Source: Lingula anatina (taxonomy: Eukaryota > Animalia > Brachiopoda). Taken from it: 64,000 bases of DNA. Positions 39,095 through 52,100 of the stretch are shown piece by piece (position 1 is the stretch's first letter; every line of letters starts with the position of its first letter). A model generated the notes under the pieces. That model was not told where the DNA came from. It made no database searches and saw only the letters and a program-made list of their open reading frames with translations. The position numbers and the translations under genes are program-made. The DNA is taken from the NCBI GenBank assembly GCA_051362555.1, contig JBPQGU010000016.1, positions 4,650,001-4,714,000 on the forward strand, read 5' to 3'.

Positions 39095-39552
39095 GTGGGT
39101 CGAGTCCATTCGATTTGAGGGGTGACAGGTGGGACGAGTCCATTCCATTTGAGGGGTGACAGGTGGGGCGAGTCCATTTCATCTTAGGGGTGACAGGTGG
39201 GGCGAGTCCATTTCATCCGAGGGGTGACAGGTGGGGCGAGTCCATTTCATCTTAGGGGTGACAGGTGGGGCGAGTCCATTCCATCTGAGGGGTGACAGGT
39301 GGGACGAGTCCATTCCATTTGAGGGGTGACAGGTGGGGCGAGTCCATTCGATTTGAGGGGTGACAGGTGGGGCGAGTCCATTCCATTTGAGGGGTGACAG
39401 GTGGGACGAGTCCATTCGATTTAAGGGGTGACAGGTGGGACGAGTCCATTCGATTTGAGGGGTGACAGGTGGGGCGAGTCCATTCCATTTGAGGGGTGAC
39501 AGGTGGGACAAGTCCATTCGATTTGAGGGGTGACAGGTGGGGCGAGCCCATT
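39095..39552. repeat. 34-bp minisatellite, ~13.5 copies
   Basis: Unit gtggg(g/a)cgagtccatt(cg/cc/tc)at(t/c)tgaggggtgacag. Confidence 0.97.
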
Positions 39553-41213
39553 TCTTTATATCAAAGGATCAATTTATTTTAATTATGATTTTAATGAGAC
39601 ATTTTCAAACATATCAGAATATGCAGTTCTAAGTTTTGGGTGGAGGAGCAAATTTCATTGTTCCCATTTCAAAAGTGTGTCAAGATCTCTTATATTTCCG
39701 TTTTAATTTAAAATTGAAGTGTTCGTCTGATGAGAAGGTCGTGAAATTTGAAACAATTTTCTCTAGCAAACCAAAAACCTTAGAATATGGACTTATATTA
39801 AATTAAGAAAATTTTATCTGGGAGGATGAACTAATTTATAAATAGATATTAAAAAACCCGTCTCACTATAAAAAATGTAGGACAGATTTTTAAAAAAGCA
39901 ATATCGTAAATTCATACAAATTGTATTTATAAATGTGGGCTGTTGGAAATCCTGTAGATGTATTCTTAAAATGCTCTCAATTATTTACAAAATACTGGGC
40001 ATATTAACAAAACTTTTAATCCTTTCGATTTACGACATCCTCTGTTACTGGAGAAATCATCAATCCCAAACACAATGCTTACAGATCAGTTTTAGCAGAT
40101 TTAATTAGAAAGTGCTCAAACAATAATATCTTTACAATTTTACCCCTAACCCTCTTTTATTATTATTATTAATATTTTATCATCATTTCATATGGAAGTG
40201 AATAAGAAAACAAGGAATGACAAACGTATTTATTCAATTTTAAAACAAAAGATGCATGGATGTGCGTAGGGTTCCAGAGGGTGAATGACAGGCTTGGTTG
40301 CCTGCAGCCAGGTGCCGTGCAGTTCTCAGTATCTCAGTGGACTTCTGAAATGAGAAAGTAATGTTAACAATATCTGACTTGTCCATAGTTCAGGCTCAGA
40401 TAGCACCCCAAAAAAGCAATCGATTCTATGTTGCCTAACGCCACATTTAAGACCTGAAGTTAGTAATAAAGATATTTCAGATATCTTGCTTTGAAAAAAA
40501 AAATTGAAAACACTCCTCTAGTTTGTGTAGGTTATCACTATTTATTTATTTTACCTACTATATAAAGTTGTAATATCTAAAATCGCTTTGCATCACGCGT
40601 TTGGGAACCATATTTCGCTTTGGAATAAATCATTTCCCCGTGTTTCAACACTGCTTACAAGCATTTTACAGGTACATGTATAATAAAATTAACAAACCTA
40701 CTAAAACTGACTATCGTTCATGGGGCACGCTTGTCTTAGGATCAAAAGCTCGGAACTGTGACAACTACGGTACCATCATGTAAATATGTCCGTGATCTTT
40801 GTGGTAATATGCCCATTTACTAATTTGCTAAATAATATTTTGAGTGGCATAACAGAAACGACAGGCGACAGCGACAACAAAGAGTAGTAACATACCCGTA
40901 AATACTCGTCGCAAATTTCTTTGCATTTTTCTACTCTCTTTCTATCAACTGACATACGATACTGAAGAAAAAGTGCTACTTACGAAACATGCATTTGCTT
41001 CTACGCCTCATACGACTGCGTTGCGACTGCACCCGCACGTTGAACATTGCGTCTTCACCTAGCTGTGTCCTACTGCCTACTGAGCATTCGGAAATACAGC
41101 TCGCACTACGATGAGCAAGTAACTGTTATGCAAATTACAGACAGGCATGGCTCATTTCAGGCGAGGGACTGTGGTTGAAACTGTTCACGAATGTTCACGG
41201 TCTAATACATGTA

Positions 41214-41486
41214 CATGGCGGATAAAGAGGGAGTGTCAGGGGGGATCCAGACCCCCTCCTCCCTTCGATTTCTGATAAAAAATTACACCCAAAATCTATA
41301 GCTGAATAATAGTTATAAACCGTATCAAATGGAGATATTTTCCCTCTAAAACACCCTTTTTCGTGGCCCTCGAGCGTGCCCCAGACATAACTCCAAAGGG
41401 GTGAGGGTCGGCCTTGCACTCCGAGGCCTTGTCAATCCGTAAAAAAAACACCACCACCCTTCCAAAAAATCCTGGATCCGCCCCAG
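41214..41486. mobile_element. hAT-like MITE
   Basis: catggcggat ... aatcctggatccgccccag; atgtacat on both sides (41209-41216, 41487-41494) is a possible 8-bp TSD; internal similarity to 44896-45110. Confidence 0.68.
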
Positions 41487-42059
41487 ATGTACATGTGGAT
41501 TTGACTTATTCATTCACACATTAATTGATCAATAAGACCACGGGCGCTAATATACATGTATATTCCATAATACTGTAAAATGTATTCATAAATTACTGTT
41601 GTACGCGCACCGATACTCCCCCTCGTCGTTATACAATTTTCATACATAACTGTCATTGTAACTCAACGATATTATATTTAAAATAGGCCATGTAAATTTG
41701 AAAAGCTGTCGCTAGGATCGAGGCCTACCAATGAAATCTAAATATTTTCAAGAACTTTTACTGGGCATAAATACGATTTAACCCGATTTATCAAAAGCCA
41801 ATTGCCACCTCTATATCTCGACTTTTCAATAAGAAACTAGGTAGCATCTAAAAGCTTAAAGCTTCAAAAATTTTGAGACCATAACAGAGTCAGCCAAGGG
41901 CACGTTTCGGTGCCACATTTGATTACGTCATGATGGATATTTACAGGTGAAGGACCAGAACAGTCTGTCGGAAACAATATAGAAACAAGGAGTCTGTTGT
42001 AACTCATTGGTAGAAATAAGAGACTGAATTTGATCTGAGGACCAGGATAGATCCGTAAA

Positions 42060-44290
42060 TGACGCGTGTCCCATTCACTGTTCCTGAATTCTAAAATCTA
42101 GAGTAAAAATATGTACTTAAGCATTGTAGCAGGACGTAAACCAATCCACTTCAAGAGGACCCCATATCTTATCAAAATGTGAGAATAATTCTTTAGAAAT
42201 ACCCCAATTGTCAACATCCACACTTCTACTTATATAATCTGCATGGGTATTCTCTTCTCTCAGTATCCTTTCATTTCTATTGAATAACTCCATTAGAAGA
42301 AAAACATCTAAAATAATAGGTTGTAATTTACTCCTCATGCTACTTTTTTCTTTAATGTTTACAACATCTTTGCTATCAGAAAACCACTTCAATCTCAAAA
42401 CACTCAACGTGTTTGCCATGGAGAACAGGACCCTGAAAACAGCTATCAGTTCTCTGTAAGTAGAGCTCTCCGTCGCTTCGTCAGCTGACCATTCCCCGCA
42501 ACACACCCTTTTAGGTGTCTCCACACAATGTCCTCTAAACCCAGTACTACTAGCATCAGAATAAACTACCTTATTGCACTGAGGTGAAAACTGTAAAATT
42601 CTGATTTACTACACCAAGGTCTAATTTGACTGCATGCTTTCACACACATTTTCTGATTCTAAGAAAAAGCACTTGAAATAACCATGCTAATATAATTTGT
42701 CATTAGTTGCGTTACACTTCCCAACACATGAGACATAGTATAATCCGACCGACATAGCCAGACCTCTGCTCACTTTCGTGCGAATATAATGTCAGATCTC
42801 TTAGCACTTGCTAATCTAATATCAAGAACTTTGATTTCCCCAATACTAATATCTATTTCGATGCCTATAAATGCCAGACTCTGTACCTACGACCAAATAG
42901 TATTCTCATATATTTACATAAAACCTGACTTAGCAATATCATCTTTGATCTCAGCACCCTGATGCTCCAATCTATCTATGTTACTGCAGTACCACAGACC
43001 GTCATCCAATTACATCGAACCATTCTTTGATTAATTGCCAAGTCAATTTTGAAAAAAATATTAAGTGCTAATGATAACCCAAATGGAAGAACTAAGAATC
43101 AAAAATAAATCTGCTGATCTTGAATTTTCCATGAAAAACCTCAATAATCCGTATGAGGATAATAGATATCTAGATGTTGATTAGCTGAATCAAATTTAAT
43201 CAACCAACCACACAGTTTCATAAACATAAGAGCCGTTCTCAAATGTCCGTAACTACCAGACTGCTTACAGACATGTTTGTTTACTTCTCGTACATCTAAA
43301 ATCAATCTATTTTTTTCACTGCTATGCACTGCTTCTGTTTAAGGGTTATCAACAATTGGTTGTTTGCTACACCTTTTAATCAAACGCATCTTTTTCAATC
43401 CAAGAATAGCTTTTTAACAAAAAACTTATTTTTCAATGGTGAAAGCTGTTATCTTTCCTCATCCCACAGGGTGTTGCTATAAACGGAAATTTATAACCAT
43501 TTTTATCAAGTCTAGAATAAAAAATGAATACCCTACTTCTTCCCAAAAACTTAAATTGGTTCTTAACCTACTTTTCACGGGTATGAATTTCTGATTTTGC
43601 TCATGTTCATAATTATGCAACTCTTGATTGAAACTAACGCACTCATACATGTACCGGGTACTTATCTATTTTTCAATGCTTCCGCCTTCTTCCCCATTCC
43701 AGATGTTCCCTTATCTCTGGGGTTGGACTCTGGTAGAATAACTTTCCCCTCTGTAAGTTGGTCACTCAAGCATGAAATGGCCCTTTCCTCAACAAGCTAA
43801 GCAAAGTCACGACCCGCTGCTGCGATAAAGACTTCTCCGCTGAGAAGTATCGCCCACCACACCTATCGGTCGGTCTGCTGATATAACCTTATTTTTTTGG
43901 CTCCCTTTTTGTTTTCTTTTATTTTCTTTGTAGCTCTCTCGCTCTCAGAATCACAAGCAAGAGGATTAACAGTATGTTCCTTAACAGTGTCGAAAGTGTC
44001 AGCAATTCTGATAAGTTTGTTTCTCTTGCCAAGACTGTAAGGCACTGTCAGTTTGTTCACCACAATAATCTTATTTTCAAATACTGTTGAGTCAAATTGC
44101 TGGTGATTACCTTCTATTTTCCAAGATAAATATTGTCGACTTTCAGTTTTTACCGGCTTCGGCATTAAATGTAGGCAGTCTATGGTCGAAATAGTCTTTC
44201 GTCTCTTTCTTTTTACTTTCCATTTTTTTCATTACATCAGCCAAGGAAAAGTGTTCGCCTCCACTGGACTCATCAACCATGTCATCTACG
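42060..44290 (-). mobile_element. Decayed DIRS/Ngaro-group retrotransposon (gag, RT, RNase H, start of methyltransferase-like domain); YR absent
   Basis: Minus strand: GNHQQF..RNKLIRIAD..NPLACDSE and CLAC*GKGHFMLE* (gag knuckle); RLILDVREVN, HLDIYYPHTDY, FLVLPFGLS (RT); VYSDASSTG, ESSTYREL, KWFSDS, REENTHADYISR (RH); WGPLEVDWF.S.YN. Confidence 0.87.
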
Positions 44291-44895
44291 GAGTCGTAAT
44301 CATAAGCGTGTTAACAGTACCGTGTCAATCGCCTAAATGACACGAAAACTCCCCTACATCAATCCCGCCCTCTTCTGGCGTGTCATAACCAGAGAGAAAT
44401 TAATTTCACTTTAATTCCTCTCGTCAACCGATTGAAATTATATTTCTATTGACTCGCTACATCGAGCTGGACGTGACGCAGTTAAGGTGGTACAGGACAA
44501 AAGATTTGTGCCAGTGGTGGATTTAGGAGGGTCGGTGGGGGCGGGGGGGGGGGGAGTTTCGACCCCGACTGAATTTTTATAAATATAATGTACATTTTTT
44601 TTAGAAAATCGAACTCCCCTACACTCGATAAAGTCAGGTTTGCTTATTTCTCAAATTCGTTCCAAGGGTTCGTTACTACTCCACTCGTTTAATTCAATAC
44701 ATCAGGTGATGGTCGTCGGCGTAACACTGATTACTGTCTCATAAACAAAGGTGGCTGACCGTGATTCTTACTTCGCGTTAAAGGGTAGGTACTTTAATAT
44801 TTATAAAACTTAAGTTTAAAGCTTAAATGCACAAACTATGACACAAATGCCAAATATGTAATTAACCTGTGTCCACCGAGGTCCATTGGTAGTTG

Positions 44896-45110
44896 CAGTG
44901 GCGGATTGGGAGGGGGGGGGTCAGGGGGTCCTGACCTCCTCCCCTTCAGTTTCTAAAAATAATCACACCGATGGTCCCCTTATGAAATAAGTATTTTCTC
45001 TAGCCGAATCATAGTTCTAAAAAGTACCAAATAGCACCGTTCGCCCTCTAAGATAAGGGTCGGTTTTGCATCCGTGGACCCCCCTTCAAATAATCCTGGT
45101 CCCGCCCCTG
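44896..45110. mobile_element. hAT-like MITE (same family as 41214-41486)
   Basis: CAGTGGCGGAT ... TCCTGGTCCCGCCCCTG imperfect TIRs; shared internal blocks (gtcagggggtcc, tagccgaatcatagtt, ccctctaa, gggtcgg..ttgca). Confidence 0.7.
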
Positions 45111-48100
45111 GGTTGGTCGCCCTTGTAACCTACAGCAGGTAAGTGATTCTTGCTATTGTCTGTTTTTGATAATCGCCTAAGATATCAATCAAGTTGTTGT
45201 ATTTGTAGCGGCAAAAGGTTTCAATCTAACGCTCTTAATGGCTAAAATTAATCTGCAAACCACGTGCACTTAGTGCAACTGGAAATTTTAAAAGGTGGCG
45301 ATTTTATCATGAGCCGCGCAACTTTGCAACTTTTCTATCTCCAAAACTAGCAGAGATATGCCCATAATCACTATTGAACTTGAATAGGCAGTCATATGCT
45401 GACAATCTGTGTTCTTGAAATTGAGCTTTGACCTACTTTTTGCCATGAACTGCACTTCACAAATTTGAATTTAAACTTTTACTTTTCCTCATGATTTTGT
45501 TTTAAATGGTAATTTTCAACAAAACTATTTAGAACTTTTGCTTACTGCATGTAGAGCTTGTCAAGCACAACACTGGAGGTGGTGTCCCTTTTTTCACTTT
45601 TCTATACGAATGAGCTTACTCCAGCTGGTGGTACAATACCCTCAGGCGGTATCACCTCTCTGATCCTCTAGTTTTCATGGTTTTTCAAATTCATGCTTCA
45701 TTTGACAAGATAAAGTGGCGTAATAAACAAAGCATTTTGTCCTGTCACACAAGTATGTTATTGCTTTTTAACCTCATTCACGGATCGTTGTGGAAATGAA
45801 ATTAGGGGGTGTGAAAAATACATGGTTACCTAGAAATTCAGTGTTCAGACCAGGCTTTCACTTACTGCCTACCAGCTTGCTGCTTACTTTTTTAGTTTTT
45901 CTTACATTTTAGTTAAACATGTTTCAAACAACAAAAGCTCTAGATATTATAAAGGTTTGACAAACATTTTATTTCGAAACTTGTACATGTACCAGTTAAG
46001 TTTCCGTTTTGCTGATTATGTGACCATCTCCATAAATAGAATAGGCCTGCATTGGTGCTCATGGACGCGGTCGCAAATTACAGTGGAATGCTTTTTTTTT
46101 CGAACAAAATTAATACACATTGCTAAGTTTAACTAGAAAAACAAATATATAAATGGGCATTCAAGGTGTGTTTACATTATCGCTAGTAGAGTCCGAATTA
46201 CTGGTTGCCTATGTGTGGACGAAAACCGCAGTGAGCCATCCTGAAGTATGTATAATTTCTTTATTTAGTATTCTTTACTGAGAAATGGACCATGTAATGC
46301 TAAATGCCATCGAACTTTCAGCTGCCTTCAAATAGTGCCTCTACCCCCTACATCTAAACAGCCATACCCGAGTATGTCGTGAGATCATCTTAGATGTAGT
46401 CTGACAAGCGACTTTGCGGCATAAATCTTGCATTACTAATCATCATGCATCGTTATTTTATTTGATTTAATTTTAATGAATATTAATTCAATTAATTAAT
46501 TCAATGTTAAAAATGAACCGTTCCGTCCACGTAGAAGCGGGGTCAATAAAAACTAACCACCTAGTCTTCGAAATCCTGGATTCGCCCCTGAGAGCTGTTC
46601 GTTATTGATTTCTTAATAACGATCTTGCTGCATACTGGCAATAAACACAATCGGATTTGTCATCTATTTTTAAGGATTTATGATGTTACATTCAAGTTGT
46701 AATTTTTTCTGTCCTAGATTTCTATTACAAACAGAACCGTAAAGAAAAAACAGTAATTTAAGCGCATTATACTGTAGGTGTTCAGTCACTGAACCACTGA
46801 GTGGTTCCTACAATCGCCCAAGGACAGCGTAAATTGTAGAATCTCACATTTCCAGGAGGACAAAGGCGGCAATTTCTCGCTTAAACAATTTTTTTTTTTG
46901 TTGTTGTTGTTTCAATTTCTTTTACGAATAGAGTGGCCCCTGAAGAAAAGATTACGTCGTCTTTGCTATCTTCTGTTAAAAACATACTTTTAGTAAAATA
47001 ATTAATAAACAAATCAAGAAGAAGATGCACATATTGTATACAGTAACCACTGTTGAAGAACGAAGTGAAGTATACAGATATTTCTTAATAATCACAAAGC
47101 CGAGCTGCATACATATTAGATCGACTATGTACTTTGTTACTAAGCAGACCAACTTTAGTAATTCCCTTAGTTTTCCACAATATTTCTAATGAAATGTGTC
47201 ACTTTTGGGTCCCAAGAGGGTGGTGCACTTTCGGAAAAATAGTATTTCGAGAGTTTTTAGATCAATCATTGTGTTTTGTTGGTAGCAGTTTTAACCAATT
47301 GCAAAGGCTGTGAGAGAGTATCGTGGCAGCTGGAGCTTTAAGATGCGGGTGAGGTCGATGGAGTGTAAGGGGTAGTATAGGCCTATCGGTGCGAGGGAGT
47401 AATGGTGCGGAGGAGTATCAGTGCTGAGACGGAAAGGGATCATTCACAATAATTGTCTAAACATATCAACATCTCATCATTAAATCCCCAAAGTGCATCT
47501 TTATAGTACTTCAAAAAGCTCCTCAGGGGTTTGAGGTTGGGGAGGGGGATGGAAAAATATTTTTTTAATTCACAAGAAATATTAAAAAAAAAAAAAAAAA
47601 ACAATTTACCTGTGGATGGCTAGAAAAAACAAAACACACCTTCCTGACATCATTATTTTAATTATTTTAAAAAGACCCAAATTTCATCTTTATATTATTT
47701 CAAAAAGCTCCCCAGGGGCTTGAGAGTGGGAGCTGGAATTTCATCCCGTGGGAGTTCCAAGTCTCACGAAGAAAATGCTAATATGTGAAAAAAAATATTT
47801 TGAAAATAATAATAATAATAAATAATAATAATGATGATAATTAAATAAATAAATAACTCTCAGAAAAAGAATGCAATCAGTTCAGTTTTCTAACTCAAGC
47901 TGTATTTCAGTCCAATTTACCTTTTCTGTAAGATTGAGATCCATGAGTAACATGGTTTTACTTAAATTGTCATCAGTGTTCAAAATGGGGTTTCTTTAAC
48001 TTTGACAAAATCAGCCCAGATCATCATGTGAAATGTGATTTATGTGAAATGTGTTCAAAATAAGCATTAAAACCTGTCTTTATAGATATTGATGTTTGCT

Positions 48101-49135
48101 TTTAAAATCTCATTTGAGGCAGGAGTGGGGCATCCAGACAAAGTTGTTCATTTAACTAATATGCTGACAAAATCACATTACCTCATAAAGACCCAAAATA
48201 ACAACATTGTGCTTTTAACCCAAAACTTGGGAAATCTGCCAAATTTGCGTAAGCACCCTCAAGTGGAAATAGCAAAAAAAAAAAATAATAAATAAATAAA
48301 TAAATAAATAAATAATGATAATAATTAATCAATGAATGTTCATTCATTTCTCATTATTGCCAAAATACAAAATGTGGAAATCTTTTCAGAGTTTTTGTTC
48401 ACAAGGAAGTATCAGTTCATAAAAAATGCACACTCAAAGTTAATTAAGCCTTCTCTAATAATTGCAATAGTCGTTTTTCTAATTTCCAAAAAGAGATTTC
48501 AACATGATTTTAATGCATGGACTTATGGCTGTTTTTTCTTTTTAACTTCCAGATTAAGCTGCTGGTTTGTACTTTCTATACCAAGGGTTTGAAGACCCAC
48601 TATGCAAGTACCAGAACCTGCTATAGACAGTTGTCTTGGAGCCTCCAGAACACTTGCAATCCATACCCCTATCATCAAGGGGTCATTTCTTCGATGACAT
48701 GCTGCGGCGTGGGGCGAGTACCTTAAAGACTTTGATGCTTTTGGACCTTTAATATATTGTCCATACTGACTTACATCATACTAGTCCTTGGAAGGCTTGG
48801 AATACTTGATTTGACCCTTTGACACCGGTTTGCAAAGCTAAGACCATTTCTTTTTAATTTGACTGATGACTTGTAAAGCACTCTTCAAACTCTTTGGTGC
48901 TCCTGTGCTGTAAGTAACAGGATTCGTTTGATAGCACAGGCAAGGTGTCTCGGGAACAGTAATGGCTGCTGAAATTGCTGGAATAAAAAAGACAGACAAA
49001 CTGAAAACTTTTGTTCTAAGTTTTAAAAAACTGATACGGTAATTATTTTTAAAAAGGACTATGTATATAGGAAAGGCATCATAAAATTCGATAAATTAAA
49101 GATAAAATAATAATATAGCAGGAATCTGTATAAAT

Positions 49136-52100
49136 AGTTTTTGCTCTATTTCTTCCATAATGTTGACACCACCACTCTTCCAGCACTTTATTCTTACTAC
49201 AAATGACCGAACACACTTACCTGACACTATAATGAAGAAAAAAAATTTTCATCCCTACCTGGCCAAAATTGAAGAAATCTCACAGTGCCGGCACTGTTCA
49301 AAATCACTCAAAATCACCAAAAATCGACCCGTCTCCGATTTTTCCAAAAAGTGACGAAAATCAATCTACCACACCTGTCATTCATAAAAAATGTGGAAAC
49401 GCGCCCGGGTCACTTCATCAAGGCCCCCAATTCTAGCTTTAAAGATGATCCAAAAATAAGCTCTGAGAACAGAATCTGAGAGGGGGGGGGGGGGGAGACA
49501 GAGTTTTTGCTCTATTTCTTCCTTAATGTTGACACCACCACTCTTCCAGCACTTTATTCTTACTACAAATGACCGAACACACCTACCTGACACTATAATG
49601 AAGAAAAAAAATTTTCATCCCTACCTGGCCAAAATTGAAGAAATCTCACAGTGCCGGCACTGTTCAAAATCACTCAAAATCACCAAAAATCGACCCGTCT
49701 CCGATTTTTCCAAAAAGTGACGAAAATCAATCTACCACACCTGTCATTCATAAAAAATGTGGAAACGCGCCCGGGTCACTTCATCAAGGCCCCCAATTCT
49801 AGCTTTAAAGATGATCCAAAAATAAGCTCTGAGAACAGAATCTGAGAGGGGGGGGGGGGGGGAGACAGAGTTTTTGCTCTATTTCTTCCTTAATGTTGAC
49901 ACCACCACTCTTCCAGCATTTTATTCTTACTACAAATGACCGAACACACCTACCTGACACTATAATGAAGAAAAAAAATTTTCATCCCTACCTGGCCAAA
50001 ATTGAAGAAATCTCACAGTGCCGGCACTGTTCAAAATCACTCAAAATCACCAAAAATCGACCCGTCTCCGATTTTTCCAAAAAGTGACGAAAATCAATCT
50101 ACCACACCTGTCATTCATAAAAAATGTGGAAACGCACCCGGGTCACTTCATCAAGGCCCCCAATTCTAGCTTTAAAGATGATCCAAAAATAAGCTCTGAG
50201 AACAGAATCTGAGAGGGGGGGGGGGGAGACAGAGTTTTTGCTCTATTTCTTCCTTAATGTTGACACCACCACTCTTCCAGCACTTTATTCTTACTACAAA
50301 TGACCGAACACACCTACCTGACACTATAATGAAGAAAAAAAATTTTCATCCCTACCTGGCCAAAATTGAAGAAATCTCACAGTGCCGGCACTGTTCAAAA
50401 TCACTCAAAATCACCAAAAATCGACCCGTCTCCGATTTTTCCAAAAAGTGACGAAAATCAATCTACCACACCTGTCATTCATAAAAAATGTGGAAACGCG
50501 CCCGGGTCACTTCATCAAGGCCCCCAATTCTAGCTTTAAAGATGATCCAAAAATAAGCTCTGAGAACAGAATCTGAGAGGGGGGGGGGGGAGACAGAGTT
50601 TTTGCTCTATTTCTTCCTTAATGTTGACACCACCACTCTTCCAGCACTTTATTCTTACTACAAATGACCGAACACACCTACCTGACACTATAATGAAGAA
50701 AAAAAATTTTCATCCCTACCTGGCCAAAATTGAAGAAATCTCACAGTGCCGGCACTGTTCAAAATCACTCAAAATCACCAAAAATCGACCCGTCTCCGAT
50801 TTTTCCAAAAAGTGACGAAAATCAATCTACCACACCTGTCATTCATAAAAAATGTGGAAACGCGCCCGGGTCACTTCATCAAGGCCCCCAATTCTAGCTT
50901 TAAAGATGATCCAAAAATAAGCTCTGCGAACAGAATCTGAGAGGGGGGGGGGGGAGACAGAGTTTTTGCTCTATTTCTTCCTTAATGTTGACACCACCAC
51001 TCTTCCAGCACTTTATTCTTACTACAAATGACCGAACACACCTACCTGACACTATAATGAAGAAAAAAAATTTTCATCCCTACCTGGCCAAAATTGAAGA
51101 AATCTCACAGTGCCGGCACTGTTCAAAATCACTCAAAATCACCAAAAATCGACCCGTCTCCGATTTTTCCAAAAAGTGACGAAAATCAATCTACCACACC
51201 TGTCATTCATAAAAAATGTGGAAACGCGCCCGGGTCACTTCATCAAGGCCCCCAATTCTAGCTTTAAAGATGATCCAAAAATAAGCTCTGAGAACAGAAT
51301 CTGAGAGGGGGGGGGGGGGGGGGTGACAGAGTTTTTGCTCTATTTCTTCCTTAATGTTGACACCACCACTCTTCCAGCACTTTATTCTTACTACAAATGA
51401 CCGAACACACCTACCTGACACTATAATGAAGAAAAAAAATTTTCATCCCTACCTGGCCAAAATTGAAGAAATCTCACAGTGCCGGCACTGTTCAAAATCA
51501 CTCAAAATCACCAAAAATCGACCCGTCTCCGACTTTTCCAAAAAGTGACGAAAATCAATCTACCACACCTGTCATTCATAAAATATGTGGAAACGCGCCC
51601 GGGTCACTTCATCAAGGCCCCCAATTCTAGCTTTAAAGATGATCCAAAAATAAGCTCTGAGAACAGAATCTGAGAGGGGGGGGGGGGGAGACAGAGTTTT
51701 TGCTCTATTTCTTCCTTAATGTTGACACCACCACTCTTCCAGCACTTTATTCTTACTACAAATGACCGAACACACCTACCTGACACTATAATGAAGAAAA
51801 AAAATTTTCATCCCTACCTGGCCAAAATTGAAGAAATCTCACAGTGCCGGCACTGTTCAAAATCACTCAAAATCACCAAAAATCGACCCGTCTCCGATTT
51901 TTCCAAAAAGTGACGAAAATCAATCTACCACACCTGTCATTCATAAAAAATGTGGAAACGCGCCCGGGTCACTTCATCAAGGCCCCCAATTCTAGCTTTA
52001 AAGATGATCCAAAAATAAGCTCTGAGAACAGAATCTGAGAGGGGGGGGGGGGGAGACAGAGTTTTTGCTCTATTTCTTCCTTAATGTTGACACCACCACT

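Noticed and set aside
38814-39551. Repetitive 99-122-aa minus-strand ORFs
   Set aside because: Translation of the 34-bp minisatellite.
48500-48990. GC-richer stretch with a minus-strand acceptor (ttttttattccag) as a host exon
   Set aside because: All three frames hit stops within ~50 codons and no motif was recognised.
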